DNA from: Amphiscolops sp. MND2022
Lineage: Eukaryota
Direction: 5' to 3'
DNA length: 64,000 nt
Assembly (NCBI GenBank): GCA_964187785.1
Contig: OZ076411.1
Location: 67,456,001 to 67,520,000, forward strand
Shown: positions 62,299 through 64,000 of the stretch, piece after piece
Position numbering within the stretch: position 1 is the stretch's first letter
Layout of the letters: every line of letters begins with the position of its first letter
Notes under the pieces: model-generated
Seen by the model: the letters and a program-made list of their open reading frames with translations, nothing else
What the model was told of the DNA's origin: nothing
Databases searched by the model: none
Position numbers and translations under genes: made by a program

Positions 62299-62544
62299 AT
62301 GGAATTGACCCGTTACGTAACTTTACCCTCCCAAGTCCTGCTACTGTTTCTAACTGTCGTCGCCCTGGAGTGGAGGTTATGCGTGGCGGGTGGGGACTCT
62401 TTGGTGCAGCAGAATGCCAACAGATTAATCGACTTCCTCTTCGCTAATTACACCACTCTTATAAGACCTCGCATCCATCAGAATGAAACTGTCAAGGTGC
62501 ATTTCGACATAGCCATGAAACAGGTCATTGATGTTGACGTCAAG
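62299..62544 (+). CDS. Cys-loop ligand-gated ion channel (nicotinic acetylcholine receptor-like) subunit, first coding exon
   Basis: Signal peptide (LLLFLTVVAL) then NRLIDFLFANYTTLIRP...NETVKVHFDIAMKQVIDVDVK|GT, matching the nAChR N-terminal pattern (L...Y...RP...V.V......Q..DVDxK). Confidence 0.88.
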
Positions 62545-63179
62545 GTTAATAATTGCGACAATCGCCCTATTACCGCGCCAATCAATATCAATAAATAAAT
62601 AATCAATAATAGCCGTTCCTGTTTTTGATTTTTGGCTGAACCTTGCCTGGGCAGGAATGATTGATATAGTATTTCTTTGAATACAGGCCGCGGCTTGTAA
62701 TTTTTTCCGTAGTAATTTGGAGGCCTATATTCGAAGAAATACGGTAAGCTATGCGACTTAATGCGGCTTCTTATTGGGGGCGACTTGTTTTCGAAGAAAT
62801 ACTGTAATTGAAGTTGCTTAATGTCATTGATTTGGTTAGAGAAATTGTAAAATTCCATGTTATGATTGATGGGAGAGACTGAAGCATTTGGCCCAAAAAC
62901 GATATCAACCGATTGTTTACTATATTTCCCACGGAGCATTAATTTGGAAATCGAGAAAGTGAGGATCGTTCAAGAAATGGTGTTTCAACCCAAATGTTCA
63001 AAATGAAAAATTTTCAATTTACAGCTTTTGAGTGGAGGGAGGAAAGATAACTTGTTGGGATATCTAAAACAACATTTTTTCTCAAAGCAAATACGAATTA
63101 TTGCAATAAACTATATCCAATCAGAACTGAAAAAACATGCAGTGATCCAGGGTCAAAGATTTCACAACTTCGTTTTTAG

Positions 63180-63720
63180 TCGGCGCATTTTCCTTTAAGG
63201 AAAAAAGCCCGACTATTACAGTGGCTAGTTTTTTTTTGTTTTTTTTTTTCGTCAGACCACAGAGCTCATCGCGTATGTACCACTTTTTACAGAAACTGAT
63301 AAGTTCACTCAGGCCAAGTTCCACCAATGCAAACTTACTGCAAAGGGTCCCCCTTTCGTTTTTTACCTTTTTTACGTAACCTACAAAACCGGAAGACTCC
63401 AAAGGGTCCCCCCTTTCAATTTTTTTCGGCACTGTGCGAATTTTTTTTTCGAAAATTTTCAATTTTTCAAAAGAGTCCCCCCTTCGGATTTTTTGATATT
63501 TTGCAACAGAAAATATGTTAATGAATCCCAAAGGGTCCCCCCTTTTCATTTTTCGGCACTATGCGACGTTTTCGAAGTTTTTTTCAAAAATTTTTTTCAA
63601 AAAAAATTTTCAAAAAAATTTTCAAAAATTTTTTTGTTTCCAGTCGAGAAAAGTGATTTTCCAGTCATATCGAGCATGAAAGGCACACTTTGGGTGTCTC
63701 GAAAGTGTTTTCAAAGCTTT
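63180..63720 (+). repeat. Non-autonomous repeat with reiterated aaagggtccccctt / ttcggcact motifs
   Basis: aaag(g/a)gtcccc recurs at ~63343, ~63401, ~63471 and ~63530; same family as 700-985. Confidence 0.6.
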
Positions 63721-64000
63721 TCATGAATACATCCTGGGCATATTTAGAAAACTGAGCTTTTTGAGCCTTAGATATAGCGCCGACTTTAGACGTTCCCGTC
63801 TTGTTTTGCCTATCCACTGCTCTGTATCAATCGGTCAAGTTTGAGTGTAATTTAACCGAATTAGTTAAACTGATCGATTTATAATCGAAGCAATTTAACA
63901 GCTTCATAAACTTGATATATCTAAGAAAAAGTAGCTAATTATTCTATTGTTCATATGTGCGAATATTCATACTGGCAAAAATTTTGCTTGAAACTGTCAA

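Noticed and set aside
63121-63726. ORFs with repeated RGDPL / KGPPF
   Set aside because: They are translations of the reiterated aaagggtccccc DNA motif of a non-coding repeat.

Overview
AT-rich genomic DNA from an invertebrate animal (spliceosomal introns, metazoan genes; the taxon cannot be fixed from sequence alone), dominated by nested transposable elements, with one assembly gap (31910-32092). Host genes: four coding exons of the axonemal dynein regulatory complex subunit DRC2/CCDC65 (36233-52035, +), a decayed copy of its first exon at ~1.7 kb, and the first exon of a Cys-loop (nicotinic acetylcholine-type) receptor subunit (62299-62544, +). Two LTR retrotransposons have both LTRs and target-site duplications. 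(1) A recent BEL/Pao element (38265-47040, LTRs ~99% identical) in DRC2 intron 2 carries an intact ANTISENSE ORF with the full JmjC 2-oxoglutarate/Fe(II) dioxygenase signature (T-x2-H-x-E-x14-K ... H). This is the strongest candidate for an undescribed system. (2) An older giant ~19.2-kb Gypsy element (9277-28451) has a pol extended by an AT-hook and two TARG1/OARD1-like macrodomains, plus a ~4-kb extra ORF with an SGNH-fold-like domain. The rest is LINEs (two with long intact ORF2s), hAT, Tc1 and Helitron-type remnants, and MITEs with 8-9-bp TSDs. All domain calls are by-eye motif matches; no database search was run.
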